IMG/VR virus record: IMGVR_UViG_3300017766_001347
Span: 1-63,032 of that record
Direction: 5' to 3' (one strand)
DNA length: 63,032 nt
Source of the DNA: a virus
Taxonomy: Duplodnaviria; Caudoviricetes
Positions 48,776 through 57,986 of this stretch are shown one piece after another. The translations under genes and the position numbers were made by a program. The notes under the pieces are model-generated. The model did not search any database and had not been told where the DNA came from. It saw only the letters and a list, made by a program, of their open reading frames with translations. Position 1 is the first letter of the stretch; each line of letters opens with the position of its first letter.

Positions 48776-49629
48776 ACACACACCGCATCATTCTTGGCGA
48801 CTGCATTACGGGCATGAAGACGCTGCCTGACGGCTGCGTTCAGACTTGCATTACATCGCCACCGTACTTCGGGCTTCGTGATTATCAAGGAGGAGAAGCC
48901 GAGATCGGTCAAGAGGACACCGTGGACGGCTATGTGCAGAAGATGACCGAAGTGTTCCGCGAGGTGCGCCGCATCCTGCGTGATGACGGTACGCTGTGGT
49001 TGAACTTGGGAGACACCTACGCAGCAAATAGAACTTATCAGGTTCGTCAGTCCGTGCAGGGAGACTACTGCACCGATGATGAACGATACGGGGGCAGGGG
49101 TAGCAAAGTTCCCGAAGGGCTTAAATCCAAGGATTTGATCGGGATTCCGTGGCGCGTAGCGTTTGCTCTGCAAGCGGACGGGTGGTATCTGCGGCAGGAC
49201 ATCATCTGGCACAAGCCAAACCCCATGCCCGAGAGCGTGGAAGACCGCTGCACGAAGACACACGAATACATTTTTTTGCTGTCCAAGAAGCCCAAGTACT
49301 ACTACGATCACGAAGCGGTCAAGGAAACCACCGTGAGTGGTGGCGAAAAGAAGAACAAGCGATCAGTATGGACGGTGAACGCCAAGGGCTACAAAGGCGC
49401 ACACTTTGCGGTGTACCCCGAGAACCTGATTGAGCCGTGTGTGCTTGCAGGATGCCCCGCAGGAGGCACGGTGTTTGATCCGTTCACAGGCAGCGGCACC
49501 ACTGCTGTGGTGGCACTGAAGAATGGGCGCAACTTTGTTGGATGCGAATTGAATCCTGAATATGTGAAACTAGCGGAAACGCGAATCCAAGAAAACATTA
49601 AACCAACTCTTGAGGAGATATTCGAATGA
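48772..49629 (+). CDS. DNA N4-cytosine/N6-adenine methyltransferase (beta class)
   Basis: TSPPY, IIW.KPNPMPES, HFA.YP, DPF.GSGTT, ELNPEY. Confidence 0.93.
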   Translation: MNTHRIILGDCITGMKTLPDGCVQTCITSPPYFGLRDYQGGEAEIGQEDTVDGYVQKMTEVFREVRRILRDDGTLWLNLGDTYAANRTYQVRQSVQGDYCTDDERYGGRGSKVPEGLKSKDLIGIPWRVAFALQADGWYLRQDIIWHKPNPMPESVEDRCTKTHEYIFLLSKKPKYYYDHEAVKETTVSGGEKKNKRSVWTVNAKGYKGAHFAVYPENLIEPCVLAGCPAGGTVFDPFTGSGTTAVVALKNGRNFVGCELNPEYVKLAETRIQENIKPTLEEIFE

Positions 49630-50162
49630 GCGATCAGGAAATATGGTTGCCTCTCAAAAGATTCGGCAAGGTGATTCCCGATTATTCTATTTCCGATCAG
49701 GGCAGAGTGCGAAGAATAAGCACCAATGAAATTCTCACACCAAATACCACAGGTCAACCTTGGAAAAATTGGGCAGGATTGTGTGTTAGCATACGGATTC
49801 CCTCTACCGATTTTTTTGGTGAGGAGTACAAGTATTCGTCAAGAAGCATTACCGTCAGAGTCCACAGACTTGTCATGGAGGCGTTTCGCCCTATTGACGA
49901 ATATCCCCCTATTCCCGAGAATGATTGGAATGCAACGCCCGAAACTGCCAAGCAATTCATTCGGGAAAGTGTGCTGATAGATCACATAAACAATGATCCT
50001 CTAGATAATCGTTTAGAGAATTTGCGGTGGATTTCCGCTCTGCAAAATAGTTCTGTACGAAAGAAAGCCAAGATGGTCAAAGACGGAATACAATTGCCTG
50101 AGAAGCGTGGTGTAAAAATCGAAGAATCAACAACCCCAACACTAGAAAGTCTATTTGTATGA
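49626..50162 (+). CDS. NUMOD4-HNH homing endonuclease
   Basis: EIW.P......Y.IS..GRVR, VHRLV..AF, IDHIN....DNR..NLRW....N. Confidence 0.85.
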   Translation: MSDQEIWLPLKRFGKVIPDYSISDQGRVRRISTNEILTPNTTGQPWKNWAGLCVSIRIPSTDFFGEEYKYSSRSITVRVHRLVMEAFRPIDEYPPIPENDWNATPETAKQFIRESVLIDHINNDPLDNRLENLRWISALQNSSVRKKAKMVKDGIQLPEKRGVKIEESTTPTLESLFV

Positions 50163-50425
50163 AGAACACATTTAAGCCAATTGGAAAATGGATCGCAGTA
50201 CAAACCAGTTTGGGCGGTCAGAAGACCACCGAAGCAGGAATCATTTATACAGAAAAGGTCAACAGCAGATTGATTTGGAGTACAGTGGTGGCTGTCAGCA
50301 CGGATCTCACCGAGGACATTAAAGTAGGAGATCGTGTGCTATGGGACTTGACGAAGAACGCAGGTCGCGGGTATGATGGTAAGGACATGGTTCATCAGGA
50401 TTGGGTCGAATTGGTGGAGAGATAA
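50159..50425 (+). CDS. groES: co-chaperonin GroES-like
   Basis: KPIG..I.V, KT.T.AGII mobile loop, VVAV, IKVGDRVL. Confidence 0.78.
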   Translation: MKNTFKPIGKWIAVQTSLGGQKTTEAGIIYTEKVNSRLIWSTVVAVSTDLTEDIKVGDRVLWDLTKNAGRGYDGKDMVHQDWVELVER

Positions 50426-52980
50426 TGGACTTCTACACTTCCGTTGACATTCGTGGCAAGAACATCCTGTACCGTGGATGGCGTAACGGGCAGAGGCAGC
50501 ACCTCCGCGTTCCGTTCTGCCCTACTCTGTACTTGCCCACCCACAAGGGCGGAACGGAGTTCACCACGATCTACGGAACGCCAGTGGAACCCATGCAGTT
50601 TGATGGTATTGATGAAGCCCGTCAGTTCATGGACAGGTTCAAGGATGTGAGCAACTACCAGTTCTACGGAAACACCAACTTCGTATATCAATACTTGTAT
50701 AAAGAGTTTCCCCATGAAGTCGAATACGATTTCAACAGTCTCCGCATAGCCAACTTGGACATCGAAACCTCCTGTGAGGGCGGATTCCCGTCCCCCGACA
50801 CGGCAGATGAGCGCGTGATTGCGATCACCGTTTCGATGGGAGACAAGACCTATGTGCTAGGCTTGGGGGACTTTCACATTGAGGGAGAGGGAGTATCCTG
50901 CATCCCATACGATGACGAACGCGAACTTCTACAGGGATTCGTTGAACTGTGGAAGTCGCTTGATCCGGACATCGTGACAGGATGGAACATCCGATTCTTC
51001 GACATTCCGTACCTTGTGGCACGGATGAATCGTCTTGAGGAAGGATGGGCAAACTCCCTCTCCCCGTGGGGCAAGTTGCGGGAAACCAAGGTTAACCGCA
51101 TGAACCGTGAGCAGACGGCTTTCACCATCAGCGGTGTTGCAACTCTTGACTACTTTGAATTGTATCAGACATTCACCTATGTGAAGCAGGAGTCCTACTC
51201 CCTCAATCACATTTCCAAGGTGGAGTTGGGCGAGGAGAAACTTTCGTATGCGGAATACGAAACCATTCAGGAGTTCTACACGCGGGACTTTCAGCGGTTC
51301 ATGGAATATAACCTTCAGGATGTGCGACTTGTCGATAAACTAGAAGCCAAACTGAAACTCATGGAACTTGCCGTGGCTCTTGCGTATTCAGCCCGTGTAA
51401 ACTTTGAGGATGTGTTTTCCCAAGTCCGCACATGGGATGCCATCATCCATCATCACTTGATGAGCAAGGGCATGGTGATTCCGCAGAAAAAGGAAAACGA
51501 CAAGGACGATCAATACGCGGGTGCGTATGTGAAAGATCCCATCGTTGGCAAGCATGATTGGGTGGTTAGTTTTGACTTGAACTCCCTGTATCCCCACCTC
51601 ATCATGCAGTACAACATCTCTCCGGAAACCAAGAACACCAATCCCATATGGAAGCGAAACATGATTTCGCCTGATTCCATCTTGAGCAGGAATCGTGGTG
51701 AAGTGGTCAAGACATTCATTGATCCTGCCGAGTATTTGAACTCCGCAAAGCAGGACAATCTTTCTGTTGCTGCTAATGGAATCGCGTTTAGCCGTGATCG
51801 CCACGGGTTCCTTCCGGAACTCATGGAAAAGATGTACGCTGAACGCAAGCACTACAAGGGGCTGATGATTGAGGCGCAAAAGCGTCTTGTTGGATTAGAC
51901 AAGTCTGCTCCCAAAGAAGAGAGGCAAAAAATCGAATACGAGATTTCCAAGTATCATAACTTTCAGTTGGTTCGTAAGATTCAGTTGAACTCCGCTTACG
52001 GCGCAATCGGTAACCAATACTTCAGGTTCTTTGATGTGGAACTTGCAGAAGCCATTACCCTGTCCGGTCAGTTGAGCATTCAATGGATCGGAGAAGCACT
52101 GAACAGGTTCCTGAACAAGATTCTAGGAACAGAAGACGAAGATTATGTGATTGCGTCCGACACCGACTCTGTTTATTTGCGGCTAGGAGGTGTCGTGGAG
52201 TTGTCGTACAAGGGTGATCGTGATCCACAGAAGATCGTGGATTTCCTCAACAAGTTTTGTGATCGGGTTCTTCAGCCGTATATCGACAAGCAGTTCACGG
52301 AACTTGCGTCTGTGATGAATGCGTATCAAAACAAGATGTCGATGGGACGCGAAGTCATTGCCGAGAAGGGCGTATGGACTGCCAAGAAGCGGTACATGCT
52401 GTCGGTATGGGACGCAGAGGGTGTCAGATACAAGACTCCCAAGTTCAAGATCATGGGCATGGAGACTGCGCGTTCCTCCACTCCTGCGTATGTCCGCAAG
52501 GCGTTGAAGACCGCAATTGAATTGGTTCTAATGCAGAATGAGGCAGCACTTCAGAAGTTCGTGAAGAAGACGGAAGAGGAATTCAAGTCCCTGCCAGTTG
52601 AGGACATCTCTTCTCCCCGTGGTGTGTCTAACATGCAAGAGTACAGTTCTGATTCAAGCGTCTACAAGAAGGCTACTCCCATCGCGGTGAAAGCAGCACT
52701 GCTGCACAATCACCTCATCAAGAAGATGAAACTTGGTCGCAAGTATCGGATCATCGGAGAAGGCGAGAAGATCAAGTTCATCTATTTGAAGACACCCAAT
52801 CCTATTCGTGAGGGTGTGATTGGTTATTCCACTTCTCTACCGAAGGAATTCGAACTGCACAAGTATGTGGATTATGATACTCAATTTCAAAAGACATTTC
52901 TTGAACCGCTGAAGGCTATTACTGACGCGGTTGGTTGGAACCCGGAGGAAACGAATAGTTTGGAATCGCTTTTTGCCTGA
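50425..52980 (+). CDS. gp43: family B DNA polymerase gp43
   Basis: ExoI DIET, GWN..FFDIPY, SFDLNSLYP, K..LNSAYG, DTDS, KKRY. Confidence 0.98.
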   Translation: MDFYTSVDIRGKNILYRGWRNGQRQHLRVPFCPTLYLPTHKGGTEFTTIYGTPVEPMQFDGIDEARQFMDRFKDVSNYQFYGNTNFVYQYLYKEFPHEVEYDFNSLRIANLDIETSCEGGFPSPDTADERVIAITVSMGDKTYVLGLGDFHIEGEGVSCIPYDDERELLQGFVELWKSLDPDIVTGWNIRFFDIPYLVARMNRLEEGWANSLSPWGKLRETKVNRMNREQTAFTISGVATLDYFELYQTFTYVKQESYSLNHISKVELGEEKLSYAEYETIQEFYTRDFQRFMEYNLQDVRLVDKLEAKLKLMELAVALAYSARVNFEDVFSQVRTWDAIIHHHLMSKGMVIPQKKENDKDDQYAGAYVKDPIVGKHDWVVSFDLNSLYPHLIMQYNISPETKNTNPIWKRNMISPDSILSRNRGEVVKTFIDPAEYLNSAKQDNLSVAANGIAFSRDRHGFLPELMEKMYAERKHYKGLMIEAQKRLVGLDKSAPKEERQKIEYEISKYHNFQLVRKIQLNSAYGAIGNQYFRFFDVELAEAITLSGQLSIQWIGEALNRFLNKILGTEDEDYVIASDTDSVYLRLGGVVELSYKGDRDPQKIVDFLNKFCDRVLQPYIDKQFTELASVMNAYQNKMSMGREVIAEKGVWTAKKRYMLSVWDAEGVRYKTPKFKIMGMETARSSTPAYVRKALKTAIELVLMQNEAALQKFVKKTEEEFKSLPVEDISSPRGVSNMQEYSSDSSVYKKATPIAVKAALLHNHLIKKMKLGRKYRIIGEGEKIKFIYLKTPNPIREGVIGYSTSLPKEFELHKYVDYDTQFQKTFLEPLKAITDAVGWNPEETNSLESLFA

Positions 52981-53022
52981 ACACAGGCTACATACTGTAA
53001 CCCTTAACAATGGAGATTTAAA

Positions 53023-53358
53023 ATGGTAACGAAGATTTTGAAGATGCGTAGTGGTGAAGAAGTGATTGCCCGAGTCGATATGAAGTTTGAAGGCGACAAG
53101 ACGGTTGCTTATACGATAAAGAATCCATGCATGCTTGTCCCCATGCCCGGTCGCGGTGGTCAGGGACCAAGTCTTGCAATTGTTCCGTGGATGGCTTCAG
53201 TGAAGCAGGATCAGGGCTTTACCATTCCCGTGGAAGCCGTGCTGTTCACTGCCGAGCCTCTTGACGAATTGGCAAACGAGTTTAATAGCGCGTTTGGATC
53301 AGGTTTGGTTGTTCCAACCAAGGATATTGCTGCGCCATCGCTCAAGTTGACTACTTGA
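53023..53358 (+). CDS. hypothetical protein (Sm-like fold)
   Basis: KMRSGEEVIA, PWM, FGSGLVVP; SD GGAG; CTACATA at 52988. Confidence 0.75.
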   Translation: MVTKILKMRSGEEVIARVDMKFEGDKTVAYTIKNPCMLVPMPGRGGQGPSLAIVPWMASVKQDQGFTIPVEAVLFTAEPLDELANEFNSAFGSGLVVPTKDIAAPSLKLTT

Positions 53359-53359
53359 G

Positions 53360-53536
53360 ATGAAGCCTGAAGTAGACAAGCACTATATTTCGGAACTCCT
53401 TCATAAACGCAAGGAGTGGTTGCAGTCTGAAGTAAAGCGGATGACGCTTGACAAGTCTGCTTCTTTGGCTATCATTGAAGGATACATTCGTGAGATGGAA
53501 ACGATTGACGAACAGAGAAAGGCAATAAGCAAATGA
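53360..53536 (+). CDS. small hypothetical protein (58 aa, not in supplied ORF track)
   Basis: MKPEVDKHYISELL...QRKAISK; fills the gap exactly, with ATGA overlap onto uvsX. Confidence 0.6.
   Translation: MKPEVDKHYISELLHKRKEWLQSEVKRMTLDKSASLAIIEGYIREMETIDEQRKAISK
53448..53475 (+). promoter_or_regulatory. sigma70-like promoter upstream of uvsX
   Basis: TTGACA-N16-TATCAT. Confidence 0.55.
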
Positions 53537-54603
53537 AACTAAAGGACATTCTGAAGGCAGCAGGAAACAAGTACGCCACCGTAGCCTCTGACGGCTTGGA
53601 GGGCAGCGATGTAAAGGGATTCATCTCTACCGGATCATATGCGTTCAACGCGCTATTGAGCGGTTCCATCCACGGTGGAATCCCCGACAACAAGATCGTG
53701 GCTCTTGCGGGGGAGCAAGCCACGGGCAAGACCTACTTTGCCCTGAATGTGGTGCGCGAGTTCCTGAATTCCGATCCCAACGCGATGGTCATGTACTTTG
53801 ATACGGAGCAAGCCATCACTTCGGATCTGCTGAAGTCCCGTGGCATTGACACCGACCGAGTGGCTGTTCTGCCTGTGGCTACCGTTGAGGAGTTCCGTCA
53901 TCAGTGCGTTCTGTCGGTGGACAAGTACCTTGAAGCAGACAAGGACTCCCGCCCCCGCATGATGATCGTGCTTGACTCGCTTGGAATGTTGTCCACCGAG
54001 AAGGAGATGAACGACACCGCAGAGGGCAAGAACACCCGCGACATGACTCGCGCACAGGTCACGAAGGCGGCGTTCCGCGTCCTGACCATCAAGTTGGGTC
54101 ACGCACGGATTCCTCTGCTGATGACGAACCACACCTACGATGTGGTTGGTGCGTATGTACCCACGAAGGAGATGGGCGGCGGCAGCGGTCTGAAGTACGC
54201 TGCTTCCACCATCATCTACCTGTCCAAGAAGAAGGACAAGGTGGACAACGAGGTGGTGGGCAACATCATCCACTGCAAGGCGTACAAAAGCCGCCTGACG
54301 AAGCAGGACAAGATGGTGGATGTGCAGTTGAACTTTGAGACAGGGCTAAACAAGTACTACGGTCTGCTTGACATTGCGTTGAAGCATGGTATCTTCAACA
54401 AGGTGTCAACGAAGATTCAGTTGCCTGATGGCAAGACCGTGTTTGAGTCTCAGATCAACAAGAATCCCGAGAAGTATTACAATGAAGACATTCTCCGGGC
54501 TATTGATATTGCGTCCAAGAAAGAGTTTTGCTATGGCAAGGACGAGGCACAGCAGGCGATGGACAAACTCGCTGAACTTGATGAAGAACTGGGGCTAAAC
54601 TAA
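53533..54603 (+). CDS. uvsX: RecA-like recombinase UvsX
   Basis: TGSY.FNALLSGS, AGE.ATGKT, LDSLG, DMTRA, NHTY, GGSGLKYAAS. Confidence 0.96.
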   Translation: MKLKDILKAAGNKYATVASDGLEGSDVKGFISTGSYAFNALLSGSIHGGIPDNKIVALAGEQATGKTYFALNVVREFLNSDPNAMVMYFDTEQAITSDLLKSRGIDTDRVAVLPVATVEEFRHQCVLSVDKYLEADKDSRPRMMIVLDSLGMLSTEKEMNDTAEGKNTRDMTRAQVTKAAFRVLTIKLGHARIPLLMTNHTYDVVGAYVPTKEMGGGSGLKYAASTIIYLSKKKDKVDNEVVGNIIHCKAYKSRLTKQDKMVDVQLNFETGLNKYYGLLDIALKHGIFNKVSTKIQLPDGKTVFESQINKNPEKYYNEDILRAIDIASKKEFCYGKDEAQQAMDKLAELDEELGLN

Positions 54604-54612
54604 GGAGCGAGA

Positions 54613-56025
54613 ATGAGTACCGTAGAACAGACCGTGATTGCAGGACTCCTCAACAATGATGAATTCTGCAAGAAGGCTACACCATTCGTTCAGGAAGAGT
54701 ACTTCACAAATCGCCCTGATCGGGCAGTGTTCCGAGAGATCAAGGCATTCATAGAGAAATACAAGGGGGTTCCGTCAAAGGAAGCCCTCCTTATTTCTTT
54801 GGAAGGTGACAAGGCTCTCACCGAAGACGAGATGAAGCGATGTCGTGACATCGTGGATTCGGTGTCCCGTTCACAGAAGCAGGACACCCAATGGCTGCTA
54901 GACACCACGGAGAAGTTCTGCAAGGACAAGGCTCTGTACAACGCAGTGCTTGAGTCCATTCACATCATTGACGGCAAGGACAAGGTTCGTACACCCAATG
55001 CCCTGCCTGAAATATTGAGCAAGGCTCTCGCGGTTTCGTTTGACACGAACATTGGTCACGATTACTTGGAGAACTACGAGGATCGTTATGAAGTCCTGCA
55101 CCGTGAAGAAGACAAGATTCCGTTCGACTTGGAGATGTTCAATCTAATTACCAAGGGCGGCGTTGCTCCGAAGACATTCAATGTCATCATGGCAGGAACA
55201 GGCGTGGGCAAGTCCCTGTTCATGTGTCATCATGCGGCTTGCTGCCTGATGCAGAACAAGAATGTTCTGTACATCACTCTTGAAATGGCAGAGGAGCGGA
55301 TCGCAGAACGAATTGACGCAAACATCATGGACATCACGATGGACGATCTGCACGATCTGCCCAAGGACATGTACGAAAAGCGATTGGTGGCATCCACCCG
55401 AGGCGTGAGCGGGAAACTCATCATCAAGGAATATCCAACATCGGTTGCCAACGCAAACCATTTCCGAATCCTGATGGACGAACTGAAACTGAAGAAAGGC
55501 TTCACCCCGGATATCGTGTTCATCGACTACATCAATATTTGCTCGTCCTCCCGACTGAAGAGCGGCGGCAGCAATGTGAATTCGTATAGTTACATCAAGG
55601 CAATCGCGGAAGAACTCCGTGGTCTTGCAATGGAACGAAATGTTCCTGTATTTACGGCTACACAGGTGAATCGTTCAGGATATTCGTCCACCGATGTTGA
55701 ACTCACCGATACTTCAGAATCGTTTGGTCTTCCCCATACCGCAGACTTCATGGCAGCACTGATTACGACTGAAGAATTGGAAAAAGCGGGGCAGATCATG
55801 GTAAAGCAGTTGAAGAACCGCTACAATACCAAGGCAGCAAATAAGAAGTTTATTGTTGGACTGAATTACGCCAAGATGAAGTTCTACGATGTGAAGAAGG
55901 ACGAATTCGAAGACCTGAGCCAAGCAGCAACAACCAAAGAAGAAGGATTTGGAAGCGGTTACGGCAAGCGCGACTTCACCAAGAAGTTCGGCGGAAACCG
56001 TGACGCAAGCGACTGGAATTTCTGA
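54613..56025 (+). CDS. gp41: replicative helicase gp41
   Basis: AGTGVGKS, ITLEMAEERIAERIDAN, IKEYPT, DY.NIC, ATQ.NRSG, SESFGLP, QLKNRY. Confidence 0.97.
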   Translation: MSTVEQTVIAGLLNNDEFCKKATPFVQEEYFTNRPDRAVFREIKAFIEKYKGVPSKEALLISLEGDKALTEDEMKRCRDIVDSVSRSQKQDTQWLLDTTEKFCKDKALYNAVLESIHIIDGKDKVRTPNALPEILSKALAVSFDTNIGHDYLENYEDRYEVLHREEDKIPFDLEMFNLITKGGVAPKTFNVIMAGTGVGKSLFMCHHAACCLMQNKNVLYITLEMAEERIAERIDANIMDITMDDLHDLPKDMYEKRLVASTRGVSGKLIIKEYPTSVANANHFRILMDELKLKKGFTPDIVFIDYINICSSSRLKSGGSNVNSYSYIKAIAEELRGLAMERNVPVFTATQVNRSGYSSTDVELTDTSESFGLPHTADFMAALITTEELEKAGQIMVKQLKNRYNTKAANKKFIVGLNYAKMKFYDVKKDEFEDLSQAATTKEEGFGSGYGKRDFTKKFGGNRDASDWNF

Positions 56026-57017
56026 TGTCGGCACTCATAGACAAGAAGTACATCAATTTGGTGTCTCCACAGTTGCAGCGTTTCAAGTGGAAGAGCGATA
56101 CACTTGCAAACTGCCGTTGCCCCATCTGCGGTGATTCACAGAAGAACAAGACCAAAGCCCGTGGTTTTTTCTTTCCGAAGAAGAACGATTACTTCTACAA
56201 GTGCCACAACTGCGGTATTGGTCACACCATATACAAGTTCTTGGAGATTGTTGCTCCTGTTCTGTGCCGCGAGTACGCACTAGAGCGATGGCGAAACGGT
56301 GAAAACGGACACTCCAACTACACCAAGCCCATCGAAAAAGAAATACTGAAGCCTCGGATCAATATCAATCTGCCACGGATTTCTGATCTGCCAGAGGATC
56401 ATGCAGCACGGAGATACCTACACTCCCGGCGGATTCCGTGTTTGAACAGGTTCTATTTTTCAGATTCCTTCGGGGATTGGGTTCGTGGGATTGACCCTAC
56501 ATATTCCACTGTGCCCAATGACGAGCGAATCGTCATTCCGTTCCTGAACAAGAACGGCGAACTTCTTGGGGTACAGGGTCGCGCCATTGGCGGTTCAAAG
56601 AATGGAATACGGTACATCACCGTGAAGTTCGTGAAGAGCGGCAGAATCTTCTTTGGAGGAGACACCGTTGACTATTCACGCAGAGTGTACGCAACTGAAG
56701 GCCCGATTGATTCTGTATTCTTGGATAATGGGATTGCTTTTGCCGGAAGCGAAGTGGGAGACATTGTTAAGGGCTTCACCGATGTTGTTGTTGTTCTGGA
56801 CAATGAGCCTCGCAACCGGGAAATCGTGGAAGCGACCCGTCAAGCCATAGAAGACGGGCATCAGGTATGCATATGGCAATCGGGAATTATTGAAAAAGAC
56901 ATTAATGACATGGTTCTTTCGGGAAAAAGCCCACAGCAAATCCGCGAAGACATTGATAAATACTCTTGCAGCGGAATGGAAGCCCGACTCCGATGGAGTC
57001 AATGGAAAAGGATCTAA
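56025..57017 (+). CDS. gp61: DNA primase gp61
   Basis: CPICGDS...KARG, CHNC zinc finger, EGPIDS.F, DNEPRN, KDINDM. Confidence 0.96.
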   Translation: MSALIDKKYINLVSPQLQRFKWKSDTLANCRCPICGDSQKNKTKARGFFFPKKNDYFYKCHNCGIGHTIYKFLEIVAPVLCREYALERWRNGENGHSNYTKPIEKEILKPRININLPRISDLPEDHAARRYLHSRRIPCLNRFYFSDSFGDWVRGIDPTYSTVPNDERIVIPFLNKNGELLGVQGRAIGGSKNGIRYITVKFVKSGRIFFGGDTVDYSRRVYATEGPIDSVFLDNGIAFAGSEVGDIVKGFTDVVVVLDNEPRNREIVEATRQAIEDGHQVCIWQSGIIEKDINDMVLSGKSPQQIREDIDKYSCSGMEARLRWSQWKRI

Positions 57018-57018
57018 C

Positions 57019-57276
57019 ATGAGCGAAGACCAGTTCAGCATCAAGCACCCCATCGTAAGTTATGCTTTCGCAATCATGGAGTATGTAAAGTCCACTGATC
57101 CTGCTCTGTTCAAGCGGGCAGAAGAATACGCAACAGACCTGACTGGCGTACAACTTGAGGATTTCGTTCTACAGGAAGTAGACGAAGAGGACGAGATTCC
57201 CGACAACGATATTACTGAAGACATCATTGAAGAAATTGGCGAGGATGAATATTATGACGATGAAGAGCAAGCGTGA
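57019..57276 (+). CDS. small acidic hypothetical protein
   Basis: ATG 1 nt after the primase stop; D/E-rich C-terminus. Confidence 0.6.
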   Translation: MSEDQFSIKHPIVSYAFAIMEYVKSTDPALFKRAEEYATDLTGVQLEDFVLQEVDEEDEIPDNDITEDIIEEIGEDEYYDDEEQA

Positions 57277-57982
57277 AGATTTCATTTCCGTTCTGAATTG
57301 CGGACATGTTGAATATGTGGATCACTTGGGCAACGATCTCACGGTCGTGAATGCTGCTCGGGTTTCCTTCAACAAGGAGAGCGATTGGGACGGCGAACAC
57401 CATTGGAGTGGTTCCCGTGAACAAAAACTGTCCGAGCGTGACGAAAAACTAATTCGCTATCTTGCCACCCACAAGCACTGGACTCCGTTTGCCCATCCAC
57501 AGATCACCCTGCGGATCAAGGCTCCGATTTTTGTTCGTACCCAACTTTTCAAGCACAAGGTTGGGTTCACCGAGAACGAAGTGTCCCGGCGATATGTCAC
57601 AGATCCGCCACAGTTCTACATTCCTGAATGGCGTAGTGCCCCCACAAACGGAGCAAAGCAGGGCAGTAGCGACTTTATTCCTCCGGATCAGTGTAATGAA
57701 CTCACGGAAGCGTACACTGCCGCAGTAAAGCAAGCAGAGTACACCTACGATCAACTCATTGCCCGAGGCGTTGCTCCTGAACAGGCACGGTCGGTTTTGC
57801 CGCAGGGAACCTATACGGAGTGGTGGTGGACAGGATCTCTGTCTGCATATGCCCGTGTGTATTCACAGAGAATTGATGCTCATGCTCAGTGGGAAGTGCA
57901 GCAGTACGCACAGGCAATTTCTCAAATCATTGCCCCGCTCTTTCCCCACTCTTGGAAGGCACTAACGGGGAACCCTACATAA
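57254..57982 (+). CDS. thyX: flavin-dependent thymidylate synthase
   Basis: [40 protein letters not shown]. Confidence 0.96.
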   Translation: MTMKSKREDFISVLNCGHVEYVDHLGNDLTVVNAARVSFNKESDWDGEHHWSGSREQKLSERDEKLIRYLATHKHWTPFAHPQITLRIKAPIFVRTQLFKHKVGFTENEVSRRYVTDPPQFYIPEWRSAPTNGAKQGSSDFIPPDQCNELTEAYTAAVKQAEYTYDQLIARGVAPEQARSVLPQGTYTEWWWTGSLSAYARVYSQRIDAHAQWEVQQYAQAISQIIAPLFPHSWKALTGNPT

Positions 57983-57986
57983 GTGG

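Noticed and set aside
1059-54273. Long minus-strand ORFs (e.g. 1059-1811, 6969-7724, 14655-15299, 25991-26722, 48553-49311, 53653-54273)
   Set aside because: They overlap well-supported plus-strand genes, show no recognisable motifs, and are explained by codon bias
50425-56025. Introns/inteins in gp43, uvsX or gp41 (also gp17, gp20)
   Set aside because: The ORFs are continuous, of normal length, and lack splicing motifs
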